The position numbers and the translations under genes were made by a program. DNA of 64,000 nucleotides from a virus, in IMG/VR virus record IMGVR_UViG_3300048599_000281; one strand, 5' to 3'. Within the stretch, counting starts at the first letter, position 1. Each line of letters opens with the position of its first letter. A model generated the notes under the pieces. It was not told the origin of the DNA and ran no database searches. It saw nothing but the letters and a program-made list of their open reading frames with translations. Below are positions 28,241-37,216 of this stretch, one piece after another.

Positions 28241-28258
28241 TAAGTCAGCAATGACTGA
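28241..28258. repeat. AGTCA-N4-TGACT family palindrome, copy 9
   Basis: TAAGTCAGCAATGACTGA between terL and the portal gene. Confidence 0.9.
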
Positions 28259-28267
28259 CTTTCAAGG

Positions 28268-29545
28268 TCAAATAGAAGCCCCGCAGACTTTGATCTGCTT
28301 CATCGGGAATTGCAGATCGATGGCGTAGCCGAGCGCGTCACCGCAATGCTCGACGCCTTGCGACTTGTCGACCTCGCTGGAGCCCTTCTTGTAGACGGTC
28401 TGCAGCATGGAATCGATCGTGTGCTTGCACTTGCGGTCGACCCGCATCCGGATGATGCCGTTGGCCGACACCCACATGCGGTTCACCGCGTTGACGCGAT
28501 CGGCGACCTTGGGGTGCTTGCGCCGGTGCTTGTATTTGAAGCCGCGCTCGTGAAGGATCTGCAGGTCGGATTCACCCCTGCCCTTGGTGGAGCGCTGCGC
28601 GCCGGCGGGGTCGGGGAAGAAGATGATGTTCTTCGACCATTTGTAATAGCGCCGCTCAATCTCGTCGGCGGTTTCCGTGGTGTTGGAGCCGAACAGCACG
28701 CATTCGTCGACGATCCAGACCTCGCCATTCGGCTGCGGTTGCATGATGACCGACGACATCGGGTCGATGTTGAAGTCCTGGCCGATCCAGATCGGCAGCT
28801 TCGGATTGAACTTGAAATCACCGACATGCTTGTTGCGGTCGAAGGCGTAATAGACCCGGCCCGCCATGGTTTCGAAGCTCGCTTCGAATTCCTGCCGGAA
28901 CGACTTCTCGTCCATATCGGCGCGCGCCGCCTCGATTTCGCTCGCCGGGATGAAGGGCGAGGTGATCGTCGGAAACTGCCAGGATTTCCACGGGTTGCGC
29001 TTGATGACGCCCTTGGCATTGGTGAAGGTCTCGCCGCGCTGGCCAAGGACGTAGATATCGTAGAGCCAGTTGAACGATTTCGGGGTGCCGATGACGATCG
29101 CCTCGCCCTTGGTCGAGGCCAGCGTCGGGCGCAGAACCTTTGTCCAAGTCTCCGGCTTGATGTCCTGGGCTTCGTCGATGATCAGAAGGTGAATGCCGAC
29201 GCCGCGCAGCGTGTCGGGCTTGTCGGCGCCCTTCAGCTCGATCCGGGTGCCGTTGATCAGCCGGATCGACATGCGGGTTTCGTTGATGCCGTTCGGCTTG
29301 ATCCAGACCTTCGGGATCGCGTCCTTCAGCTCGTCCCAAAGGATCGAGCGCGCCATGCCGTAAGTCGGCGCCACATACCAGATGAGCTGCTTGGGTTTGG
29401 CGGCGCGCTTGCAGATCGAAATCTTGGATAGCTGGGTTTTGCCCCAGCGGCGCCCCGCGACCACCACCTTGAACCGGTGGTTGTCGCTGTAGACTTCGCG
29501 TTGGCCTTTGTGGAGTGAAAGAACGTGACTGGCCGAAGCCGTCAT
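28268..29545 (-). CDS. terL: Terminase large subunit
   Basis: Walker A VVAGRRWGKT and Walker B LLIIDEAQD. 425 aa. Confidence 0.92.
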   Translation of the reverse strand: MTASASHVLSLHKGQREVYSDNHRFKVVVAGRRWGKTQLSKISICKRAAKPKQLIWYVAPTYGMARSILWDELKDAIPKVWIKPNGINETRMSIRLINGTRIELKGADKPDTLRGVGIHLLIIDEAQDIKPETWTKVLRPTLASTKGEAIVIGTPKSFNWLYDIYVLGQRGETFTNAKGVIKRNPWKSWQFPTITSPFIPASEIEAARADMDEKSFRQEFEASFETMAGRVYYAFDRNKHVGDFKFNPKLPIWIGQDFNIDPMSSVIMQPQPNGEVWIVDECVLFGSNTTETADEIERRYYKWSKNIIFFPDPAGAQRSTKGRGESDLQILHERGFKYKHRRKHPKVADRVNAVNRMWVSANGIIRMRVDRKCKHTIDSMLQTVYKKGSSEVDKSQGVEHCGDALGYAIDLQFPMKQIKVCGASI

Positions 29546-30273
29546 TTTCCACCACTCTCGATAATGTCGTCGTCGCCGATATCGTCTTCCTCGGCCGCGG
29601 CCTCCTTGGGAGGATCGGTTTCGCCGAGCGTCTCGCCTTCGTCCTCATCCTCGCGCGATTGCAGCGCCAGGATTTCCTCGTCGGACAGATCCTTGATGCG
29701 CAGTTCCGGCAGCTCGTTCGGATCGATCGCCTCCTCGGCCTTCAGGATCTTGTAGATCAGGTCGGTATTCTCGCGCAGCACGACGGCAAGCTGCCGCAGC
29801 TCCTTCACATCGATCGGCGCGGTGCCGCCGACGATCGCCTGCTGTCGCTTGACCAGGAGACGGAATTGCTGCTCGGCCGCGAGATAGCGATTCTCCCGCG
29901 CGTTCTCGATGCGCTGCCGGCGCTTCTGCTCGAAGCTTTCCTTCGGCGGCTCCGCTGTCGTTGCGGCCGCGGTGGTTGTTGCGACGGTGGTCGCGACCGC
30001 GGCGGTGGTCGCCGCTTTCACGACGGCGCGCTTGGAGCCGCGCTCGATCTTGTAGCCGTCATCCTCGAAGCGCTTCTTGATGTGCTTGTAGATCGCCTGT
30101 GAGGAAATGCCGTATTTCTCACGGATCTCGTTGGCCGAAAGCGTGTCGCATTCGATATGGGTTTCGATCTCCAGCCACTCGGCGGGCGTGAGCCGGCGGC
30201 CGCCGGCGGAAGATCTCTCCTCCTCGGCAGCGGCTTCCTCGGCCGGAACCTCTTTCAGCTCAGTCTCACTCAT
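29542..30273 (-). CDS. terS: Terminase small subunit (putative)
   Basis: 243 aa with a 4-nt overlap onto terL. HTH-like SANEIREKYGISSQAIYKHI. Acidic termini. Confidence 0.72.
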   Translation of the reverse strand: MSETELKEVPAEEAAAEEERSSAGGRRLTPAEWLEIETHIECDTLSANEIREKYGISSQAIYKHIKKRFEDDGYKIERGSKRAVVKAATTAAVATTVATTTAAATTAEPPKESFEQKRRQRIENARENRYLAAEQQFRLLVKRQQAIVGGTAPIDVKELRQLAVVLRENTDLIYKILKAEEAIDPNELPELRIKDLSDEEILALQSREDEDEGETLGETDPPKEAAAEEDDIGDDDIIESGGK

Positions 30274-30278
30274 GGTCT

Positions 30279-30296
30279 ATCAGTCAATACTGACTG
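30279..30296. repeat. AGTCA-N4-TGACT family palindrome, copy 10
   Basis: ATCAGTCAATACTGACTG, ending 5 nt before the terS ATG. No Shine-Dalgarno. Confidence 0.9.
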
Positions 30297-30329
30297 TCCA
30301 TAAAAGTCAAATTTCCCAGAACCTATTCT

Positions 30330-30338
30330 CGTCTATTA
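30330..30338 (+). promoter_or_regulatory. CGTCTATTA box, copy 1
   Basis: 9-mer in the AT-rich 118-bp gap upstream of terS. Other copies at 46510, 46535 (reverse), 47029 and 56774. Confidence 0.6.
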
Positions 30339-30391
30339 CCTTTAGTATTGTTATTTAAGAGACGGAACGATCCCATTTTCCCAGATCCGGA

Positions 30392-30655
30392 TTACAAAGG
30401 ATTGCCGCGGAAGGTTTGATAGCAAGCCTGTGTTGGCGACCAGATGCATTTGTTCCGGATCTTCTCGACCTTCAGATATCCAAATCTCACCAGGCCGCGG
30501 AGTACGCTCTGCGTCGCCTGATGTGTTGGGCTTCCGGTGAAGCGAGAATGGATCGTCTTCAGATCCATGACCTCTCCGGCGTCGAAACCGTCGAGCACGA
30601 TGCCCGCAGCTCGCTTCTGCCGATCGGTATTGGCGAATTCGAAATGCGCGCCCAT
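30392..30655 (-). CDS. Hypothetical protein
   Basis: 87-aa ORF, last gene of the 34.7-30.4 kb operon. Confidence 0.6.
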   Translation of the reverse strand: MGAHFEFANTDRQKRAAGIVLDGFDAGEVMDLKTIHSRFTGSPTHQATQSVLRGLVRFGYLKVEKIRNKCIWSPTQACYQTFRGNPL

Positions 30656-30658
30656 GCG

Positions 30659-31549
30659 TCACCCGCGGAATGGTTCGTTGGGTTTCTGCAGATCGAATGC
30701 GGTGAGCGGTAGCCGCGCCGGCAGCGCCCTGCCCTTGTCCGGGTTCTTCCAGACGCCGTACATCGGGGACGCGAGCGAGACCTGTTGCAGCGACTTGATG
30801 ATGGTGCGCGCATCCATGGCGTTGACCCGCGCCTGGCCTTTGTCGCGGTTGTTGCCGGTCTTCTCCAGCGCGGAATGGCGGTAATAGAAGTCCTTGCAGC
30901 TCTGCAACAGCAGCTCGCGCTCGCGCGCAGGCTTCGCCTCAAGCTCGGCCACGATCGCCTCGAAATCCTGGGGCGAGGCTTCGAAATTGCTGCGGAAGAA
31001 TTTCAGCCCGGCCTCGAACTTGTTGGCGTTCATCGGCTTGACGAAGCGAAAGCCGGCTTTCTGCCCGAACAGGTTGAACTTCGACATCGAGGACTGGATC
31101 TCCATGAAGGTGTTGCCCTCCATGCGCGAGACCAGATTCATCATGCGGTAGCCGGCGCCGATGCCGCGATACATGGTGTCCACGACGAAGCGCGAGATCA
31201 CCCGGAAATTGGCGTTGATATAGCGATAGCGCTCGGTGTTGGAGAGCTTGGTGTCCTGCCCCGATGGCTTGATCTTCGGGAAGACCAGGTGCCGCTCCTT
31301 CAAGAGGCCCTTCGGGTTAGCGGTGACCAGCACTCCGATGGTCTCGTCATAGAGTGTGAGCTTCCAGAAGCGCGGGCCGATCGGTAGGCTCTCCGCCTTG
31401 TAATGAAGATCGTGCAGCAGATTCCAGTCTGCGACTGCACCGCGCTCGACAAACATATCGTCTAGCAGCGGGAAACGCGCTTTCGGCGCGTCCGTTCGCT
31501 TAATCAGCGTCTCGCTATCAAATTCGCAAATAAACGCACCGGTGCTCAT
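30659..31549 (-). CDS. GNAT-like (acyltransferase-fold) protein, function unknown
   Basis: 296 aa. VVDTMYRGIGAGYRMMNLV resembles GNAT motif A. ATGA coupling to the upstream gene. Confidence 0.6.
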   Translation of the reverse strand: MSTGAFICEFDSETLIKRTDAPKARFPLLDDMFVERGAVADWNLLHDLHYKAESLPIGPRFWKLTLYDETIGVLVTANPKGLLKERHLVFPKIKPSGQDTKLSNTERYRYINANFRVISRFVVDTMYRGIGAGYRMMNLVSRMEGNTFMEIQSSMSKFNLFGQKAGFRFVKPMNANKFEAGLKFFRSNFEASPQDFEAIVAELEAKPARERELLLQSCKDFYYRHSALEKTGNNRDKGQARVNAMDARTIIKSLQQVSLASPMYGVWKNPDKGRALPARLPLTAFDLQKPNEPFRG

Positions 31550-32097
31550 TTGCGCGACTTTTCAGTGATTTTGAAATTGGCCGGATTGTCCGGGTCCTGG
31601 ATCGCGATCTCCTCGTAATCCTTGCGGTGGCGCAGCGCTGTGGGTCGGCCGCGGTTGGTGTCGAGCGCCTGCGGCCCGATATCGGTCTGCACCACCAGAT
31701 AGAGGTGAAGGTCGACATCGTCCTTGTGCAGCCGCACCAGGCGCAATTGTAACGCCCGCGGCGGGAAGCCGAGCGCGATCAGACGCCGGCGTTTCTCTAG
31801 TGCGATATCCTCGCAATCGCCAAAGCCATCGACCGGGTAGGTCCACAACTCGTTGTAGCCGTAATGGACCTTATCGCTCATGTAGGTGATCTCGCGGTTC
31901 ACCGCGCGATTGACCTCTAGCATCTGCCCCCAGGTTTTGTTGTTCCAGATCACCTTGCGGCGCTTGTCCTTGGGCGGCGCGCAGTCCTTCGGCCAGGCAA
32001 GGCAGAACTCCATGAAGGAGGTGTTCCAGCTCTTGTCGGCGTAACAGTCAGCACTGACGGTTAGCCACAGGCACAAGGCGAGCGCGATCCGGATCAT
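31546..32097 (-). CDS. Secreted transglutaminase-like cysteine peptidase (BTLCP / Peptidase C93, LapG-like)
   Basis: ATG 32097 in an ATGA overlap. Signal peptide MIRIALALCLWLTVSADCYA. GDCEDIALEKRR (Cys), HLYLVV (His) and ALDTN (Asp). Confidence 0.78.
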   Translation of the reverse strand: MIRIALALCLWLTVSADCYADKSWNTSFMEFCLAWPKDCAPPKDKRRKVIWNNKTWGQMLEVNRAVNREITYMSDKVHYGYNELWTYPVDGFGDCEDIALEKRRRLIALGFPPRALQLRLVRLHKDDVDLHLYLVVQTDIGPQALDTNRGRPTALRHRKDYEEIAIQDPDNPANFKITEKSRK

Positions 32098-32741
32098 GCG
32101 GCGCTCTCGATCTGTACGCGCTCGCGGAACCGTTTGGTGATGGTGAGGGATGGGCCGAGTTCCTCTTTCAGATCGGTATGCGTGGTCGCGACCATGAGCG
32201 TCTTGCCCATGGCGCGCGCGACCTTCTGCATGTTGAAAGCGACGCATTTTGCTGTCGGCCGATCCAGCACGGCGCCGAATTCGTCGGCGATCCAGACATC
32301 GGCTTTCGCGCCGTAGCTCATCAGCATGGCGAGCTTCAGCCGGTAGCGCTGACCGTCGGACAGCTCCGAGGGCTTTCGAATGTAGATCCAGGCGTCGGAA
32401 ATGCCGGCCTTGGCGAGATAGTCGAGCGCGATGGTCGTTGGCTGCTCCGGCGCCATCAGGTCAATGACCGGTCGATCATCGAACACGAGGGAGTTCAGGT
32501 CAGCGACGCCGAGCCCGGCGTTCAGCATCTGCTTGGTCAGATCCTTCAGCAGCAGCGACTTGCCGGACCCGGATTGGCCAGTGATGTAGATGACATCGCC
32601 CTGCTTCACCTCGATTTCAAGGTTGTCGTAGACCACGAATTCCTTGTTGGAGAGGCCAAGCCCAAAGCCCTCGGCAATCTCCAGCACGCGCGGTGTGCGT
32701 TCGATGGAGGAATTGAAACGCCGATCGATGGTGAACTTCAT
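32094..32741 (-). CDS. ABC-type ATPase (stand-alone nucleotide-binding domain)
   Basis: Walker A GQSGSGKS, signature LSDGQRYR, Walker B VWIADEF. Confidence 0.85.
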   Translation of the reverse strand: MKFTIDRRFNSSIERTPRVLEIAEGFGLGLSNKEFVVYDNLEIEVKQGDVIYITGQSGSGKSLLLKDLTKQMLNAGLGVADLNSLVFDDRPVIDLMAPEQPTTIALDYLAKAGISDAWIYIRKPSELSDGQRYRLKLAMLMSYGAKADVWIADEFGAVLDRPTAKCVAFNMQKVARAMGKTLMVATTHTDLKEELGPSLTITKRFRERVQIESAA

Positions 32742-33112
32742 TCGTCATCCTCATCGTCCAGCTCATACCCTCCCAGGGCCGCAAGGTCTGTCGTTCCGTG
32801 ATAGAACAGCTCCTCTGCGCGCTCCTCCGCGAATTGCGCGGCGCAACGCAACATCATCGAGCCAATGGTGACCGGGTGACCCATCGGGAATTGGGTGAAG
32901 CAGATGATGTCGTCGCCCTGCGAGCGATCGAAGGTTGCAAGCAGCAACCCGGTGATGCGGCCCTCGGCGGCGTAGCCCTTGACCACATCGAGCGCGAGCA
33001 TCAGCTTTTCGTCGACCTGCGGCCCCTCGCCGGCCTGGGCCGGCGGCGGCACGAATTCCTTCTTGGTCCGAAGACTGATGATTTTCGGTTTCGATTCGGG
33101 ATCCTCAGACAT
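32738..33112 (-). CDS. Hypothetical acidic-tailed protein
   Basis: ATG 33112 overlaps the ParB-like stop (ATGTCTGA). 124 aa. Confidence 0.65.
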   Translation of the reverse strand: MSEDPESKPKIISLRTKKEFVPPPAQAGEGPQVDEKLMLALDVVKGYAAEGRITGLLLATFDRSQGDDIICFTQFPMGHPVTIGSMMLRCAAQFAEERAEELFYHGTTDLAALGGYELDDEDDE

Positions 33113-33785
33113 GAGCGGCAATGTGATCGAGCAGAGCCTCGACCCCCTTCTTGCCGCTCTCAGCCTCGATCCTGTTCATGAAAGAGCGGATCTGTCGGCT
33201 TTGCTCGACGGTGACGCGCTTGAAGCCGAGCGCGTCGGCGACGGGAGCTGCACTCTTGTCGATCTCGTCCTGGGCCTTCTTGTTGTCGGCCTTCTGGGTT
33301 TCGACCGCCTCGCTGATGTCTTCGATGAAGACTTCATCGGTCATTTCGCCGAAGGCCTCGGGAGACAAGGCGGTCTGCTCGGCTTCGTTCAGCCCCAGCA
33401 TCGACAGGTCGATCTGTTCCTCGGTCAGGGCGGCGAGACGCCTCGCCTCCTCTTGCAGGAGCGACACGTCCCATTCGGTCGAGGTGGTCTTGTTTTCCGA
33501 GATCCGCAGCGCGTCGGCCTGGGCCTTGGTCAGGTCGGTGCGGACCACGACCGGGATTAAGCCGCGCTTGAGATAGAGAAAAGCCAGTCGGCGGCCGTGA
33601 CCGGCGATGACCGTTCCATCCGGCTCGACGTGAACTGGCTGGGCTAGGCCGAGCTTGGCGATCGATTCCGCCAGCCGGCGAATCTGTTCCTCGGGATGCT
33701 TCTTGGCGTTCTTCTCGTAGGGGATCAGCTTCTCGATCGGCCACATCACGACCGGAAGCTTCGACACGTCAATTTCACTCATCAT
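33105..33785 (-). CDS. ParB-like nuclease domain protein 1
   Basis: ParB/Srx-type N-terminal motif VIAGHGRRLA. Start ATGATG overlaps the upstream stop. Confidence 0.82.
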   Translation of the reverse strand: MMSEIDVSKLPVVMWPIEKLIPYEKNAKKHPEEQIRRLAESIAKLGLAQPVHVEPDGTVIAGHGRRLAFLYLKRGLIPVVVRTDLTKAQADALRISENKTTSTEWDVSLLQEEARRLAALTEEQIDLSMLGLNEAEQTALSPEAFGEMTDEVFIEDISEAVETQKADNKKAQDEIDKSAAPVADALGFKRVTVEQSRQIRSFMNRIEAESGKKGVEALLDHIAAHV

Positions 33786-34005
33786 CGTCGTCCTTGGAGA
33801 TCTCCGCCATGATTTCGCTCTCCTTCGGCGTGCGGCGCTCAAAGCTGCCGTCGTCCATCAGGAGAAAGGTCTCGTCGATGCCGACCTCGTCGCTCTTTTC
33901 CTCGAAGAATTCGCCGGCGCCGCAGAAGGCGCAGAGCGGGTGCGGACGGCTTTTCTTGAAGAAGCGGCAGCCGGTGCATTCGTCGTGAGGCGGGCTCCAG
34001 CTCAT
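33775..34005 (-). CDS. Small zinc-ribbon protein
   Basis: 76 aa with CTGC and CAFC pairs and an acidic tail. Confidence 0.62.
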   Translation of the reverse strand: MSWSPPHDECTGCRFFKKSRPHPLCAFCGAGEFFEEKSDEVGIDETFLLMDDGSFERRTPKESEIMAEISKDDDDE

Positions 34006-34670
34006 TCGTCACCCTTGCCGCTCAGCAGCAGGTGACTCAGCGCGTCGCCGGCATTGGTCAGTTCGTCGCTGGTGGTGAAGCCTTCGCGCTTCTGGATCTT
34101 GGCGATCAGCTCGGTGATGCGCTCGGCGTCGGCGACCGGCACCTTGAAGCGCATGATGGTGTGGGTCTTCGGCGCCTTGGTCGCGCGCGGCTCGTCGGGA
34201 ATTTTCTCGTCCTCGAACCCGTCGGGCAGATCCAATTCGTCGAGCGCTATATTTGCTGACGAGAAAATCGCTGAGAGATCGGTTTCGGTGTAGGGAAGAA
34301 TTTCTTGAAGGTTGTCTTTCTTCAGGTCTTCCAGGACCTTAGCCAGAGCGAAGGTGTCGTCGGCGCCGTATCGCGCGTTGTCGGCGAGCGAGATTTTCTT
34401 GGCTGTCGCGTCGTCGATCACGCCAACCGAGAACACCGGCACCGTGGCGTGCCCCGCGGCCTTGGCCTGGTCCCACCGGTGCTCGCCGCCGAGGATCTCG
34501 AAATCAGTATCAGTGGTGAGATCGTAGAGCTCCCGCACCACGATCGGCTTGAACAGCCCGAGCTCCTTGATGGAGGCAGCAAGCTTGGCTTCGTTTTCCG
34601 GACTGGTGAAATTCGGGTTCCAGGGATTCTTGCGAAGTCGGGCGGGGTCGATCGAAAACTGCTTTGTCAC
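34002..34670 (-). CDS. ParB-like nuclease domain protein 2
   Basis: GTG start. ILGGEHRW motif. 222 aa. Confidence 0.82.
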   Translation of the reverse strand: MTKQFSIDPARLRKNPWNPNFTSPENEAKLAASIKELGLFKPIVVRELYDLTTDTDFEILGGEHRWDQAKAAGHATVPVFSVGVIDDATAKKISLADNARYGADDTFALAKVLEDLKKDNLQEILPYTETDLSAIFSSANIALDELDLPDGFEDEKIPDEPRATKAPKTHTIMRFKVPVADAERITELIAKIQKREGFTTSDELTNAGDALSHLLLSGKGDE

Positions 34671-34685
34671 GCGGTCAGCTCATGT

Positions 34686-34703
34686 TAAGTCAGTTCTGAC
34701 TTA
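34686..34703. repeat. AGTCA-N4-TGACT family palindrome, copy 11 (in a divergent intergenic region)
   Basis: TAAGTCAGTTCTGACTTA, centred in the 65-bp gap between divergent operons. Confidence 0.9.
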
Positions 34704-34735
34704 CCAACGAGCCAGACCAAAATCAAGAGCGATCA

Positions 34736-36334
34736 GTGTCCACTGTCATCACCATTGCCCACAACGCCGTCGTTGCGCAGCTTCACGGCGCCGATGATGC
34801 GGTAAAAAATCTGATTTCAGAAAAGCTTAGCTACCTCGTCGAGGGTCACACCTTCATGGCGGCGTTTCAGACGCGCGGCTGGGACGGGCGCTCCTCTTTC
34901 TTCACGCGGAAGAATTGCGGATTTCCAGCCGGCTTCGTTCATCTGGTTCACTCGACGCTGATCCAGGCCGGCTATCTGGTGCGGATCGTCAAGCGCGAGG
35001 CGCCCGCCCCGCTCGGTCCGGAAACTCCGATCGTCGACGCCTTCGGCAACGACAATCCGAAATATGACTATCAGCTCAAGGCGTTGCGCCAGGTCGAAAA
35101 GTTTCAGCGCGGCATCATTCAGGTCGCGACCGGCGGCGGCAAGTCGAAGATCGCAAAGCTCATCACCGCGCGTTACCGGCGCATGACGCTGTTTCTGACC
35201 ACCCGCGGCGTGCTGCTCTATCAGATGCGCGATTCCTTCGTGAAAGATTGCGGCTTCAATGTCGGCATCATCGGCGACGGTGAATGGTCGCCGACTCGCG
35301 GCATCAATTGCGGCATGGTTCAGACTTTCGTCGCACAGCTCGTGGAGCCCGAGCTGGAGAAAGAGACCGCAGATCTGATCGCGGCCGCCTCGACCTCCGG
35401 CATGAAACTTACCTCCAAGCACAAGGAGGAGCTGCGCGCCGAGGCGAAGCGGATCTGCGCGGAGAAGGGCAAGGTTCGCGCGCGCATCATCAAGCTTCTG
35501 GAAATGGTCGAGGTCGTGATCGGCGAGGAAGCGCACGAAGCCGGCGGCAATTCCTATTACGAGATCCTGAAATATTGCAAGAATGCGAATATCCGGGTGG
35601 CGCTCACCGCGACGCCCTTCATGCGCGCCGATGCCGAAGACAACATGCGGCTGATGGCTGCTTTTGGCCCGGTTCTGATCAAGGTGTCCGAGGCCATGCT
35701 GATCGACCGCGGCATCCTGGCCAAGCCCTATTTCAAGTTCGTCGATTCCGTTCCCCATCCCAGCCTGTTCAAGACCTCGCCCTGGCAGCGCGCCTATCAG
35801 TTTGGCTATATCGAGAACACTCACATGCACGCCGACATTCTGCGCGACGCGCTGAATGCCAGAAAATACGGCCTGCCGGTGATGACGCTGATCCAGCGCA
35901 AGAAGCACGGCGAGATCCTGAAGGCGATCTTCGAGAAAAGCGGGCTGAAGGTTCGCTTCATTCAGGGTGAGAACGATCAGGACGAGCGCAAGCGCGCGCT
36001 CGATGCGCTCGGCTCGGGCAAGATCGATGTTCTGATCGGCACCACCATTCTCGATGTCGGCGTCGACGTGCCGGCGGTGGGGCTTGTGCAGCTCGCCGGC
36101 GGTGGCAAGGCCGAGGTTGCCTTGCGGCAGCGGATCGGCCGCGGCATGCGCTCCAAAAAGAACATGCCAAATCTGTGCTTTGTCGCCGATTACTCGGTCG
36201 AGAAGAACCTGAAGCTTCGCGAGCACGCCCAGCAGCGCCGGGCGATCATTCAGGGAACGCCTGGCTTTGCCGAGGGCATTTTGCCGCCCAAGGCCGACTT
36301 TCCCTGGCACCTCCTCGAAAAAAGAGCAGCGTGA
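34736..36334 (+). CDS. Superfamily-2 DEAD/DEAH-type helicase
   Basis: GTG start. Motif I ATGGGKSK, II IGEEAHEA, III TATP, VI QRIGRGMR. Confidence 0.9.
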   Translation: MSTVITIAHNAVVAQLHGADDAVKNLISEKLSYLVEGHTFMAAFQTRGWDGRSSFFTRKNCGFPAGFVHLVHSTLIQAGYLVRIVKREAPAPLGPETPIVDAFGNDNPKYDYQLKALRQVEKFQRGIIQVATGGGKSKIAKLITARYRRMTLFLTTRGVLLYQMRDSFVKDCGFNVGIIGDGEWSPTRGINCGMVQTFVAQLVEPELEKETADLIAAASTSGMKLTSKHKEELRAEAKRICAEKGKVRARIIKLLEMVEVVIGEEAHEAGGNSYYEILKYCKNANIRVALTATPFMRADAEDNMRLMAAFGPVLIKVSEAMLIDRGILAKPYFKFVDSVPHPSLFKTSPWQRAYQFGYIENTHMHADILRDALNARKYGLPVMTLIQRKKHGEILKAIFEKSGLKVRFIQGENDQDERKRALDALGSGKIDVLIGTTILDVGVDVPAVGLVQLAGGGKAEVALRQRIGRGMRSKKNMPNLCFVADYSVEKNLKLREHAQQRRAIIQGTPGFAEGILPPKADFPWHLLEKRAA

Positions 36335-36353
36335 ATTTTGCTATAGTATCGTC

Positions 36354-36548
36354 ATGACTTCTCGACTTGTGGATCCCATCCATTTCTTCGATCAGCATGG
36401 CAATTCGGCGCTGGCCAATGTCGAGCGCGAGCGCAAGCTCAATGCGGCGGTCGCCGAGAACGAAAAGCTGAAGCGGATGCTGCGTCACCAGGCGCAGAAA
36501 CAAGCCCCGCCCGACACGCCACCCGATCAGAAACCCGCCCTTCACTAA
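36354..36548 (+). CDS. Small coiled-coil protein
   Basis: 64 aa from ATG 36354. The longer track ORF start overlaps the helicase. Confidence 0.5.
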   Translation: MTSRLVDPIHFFDQHGNSALANVERERKLNAAVAENEKLKRMLRHQAQKQAPPDTPPDQKPALH

Positions 36549-36551
36549 CCG

Positions 36552-36570
36552 GCGATTTCAATGAAATCGC
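36552..36570 (+). terminator. Intercistronic hairpin (possible attenuator)
   Basis: GCGATTTC-AAT-GAAATCGC, with a T-rich stretch 8 nt later. Confidence 0.4.
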
Positions 36571-36595
36571 ACGGCATTTTCGTGTCTTTGGACAA

Positions 36596-36610
36596 CAGTC
36601 AGGACTAACT
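36596..36610. repeat. AGTCA-N4-TGACT family palindrome, copy 12 (degenerate)
   Basis: CAGTCAGGACTAACT, 3 nt before ATG 36614. Confidence 0.7.
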
Positions 36611-36613
36611 TTC

Positions 36614-37216
36614 ATGCAACTGCCCCGCTATATCGGCCTCTGCGGTAACCCCAAAGCCGGCAAATCACTGGTGCAGGACATTCTGCAGGAGCGCTACGGA
36701 GTGAAGCCGGTCGATGACGGCGCGATTTTGCGCGAGATCGCGATGACCTATCTCGGCGCCAAGAAGTCCGATGTCTACACCCAGGAGGGCAAGGCGTCGC
36801 TCGCCTTCTGGCCGAACGGCGATCCGCACCTCGATCATCGCACCGGCAAGCACATGAATTGGCGTCAGGTGCTGGGCGAGCTCGGCAGTCAGCTCGAAGC
36901 GTTGTTCGGCGATTTCGTAATGGCGCGCACCGCCTGCGCCCGACTGGTTGATCAGCACGGATCCTTCTCGTTCGGCTCGGTGCGCAAGAATCAGGGCGGG
37001 TATTACAAGAACAACGGCGGCATCATTCTTGAGATCATCAACCCGCTCGCCGGCCCATCCGGCAATGACTTCGATGTCTACGATCAGAGCTTGGTGGATT
37101 TTGCGATCAACAACGATGCGCTCGCGCGCGGGCTTGATCACAAGGCGGCGCTGGAAGATCTGAAACAGAAACTTTTTGCCGTCATGGATCGCTTTGAGAC
37201 CAGCAAGGCTGCCTGA
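36614..37216 (+). CDS. P-loop NTPase, dNMP-kinase-like
   Basis: P-loop GNPKAGKS at the N-terminus. 200 aa. Confidence 0.65.
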   Translation: MQLPRYIGLCGNPKAGKSLVQDILQERYGVKPVDDGAILREIAMTYLGAKKSDVYTQEGKASLAFWPNGDPHLDHRTGKHMNWRQVLGELGSQLEALFGDFVMARTACARLVDQHGSFSFGSVRKNQGGYYKNNGGIILEIINPLAGPSGNDFDVYDQSLVDFAINNDALARGLDHKAALEDLKQKLFAVMDRFETSKAA

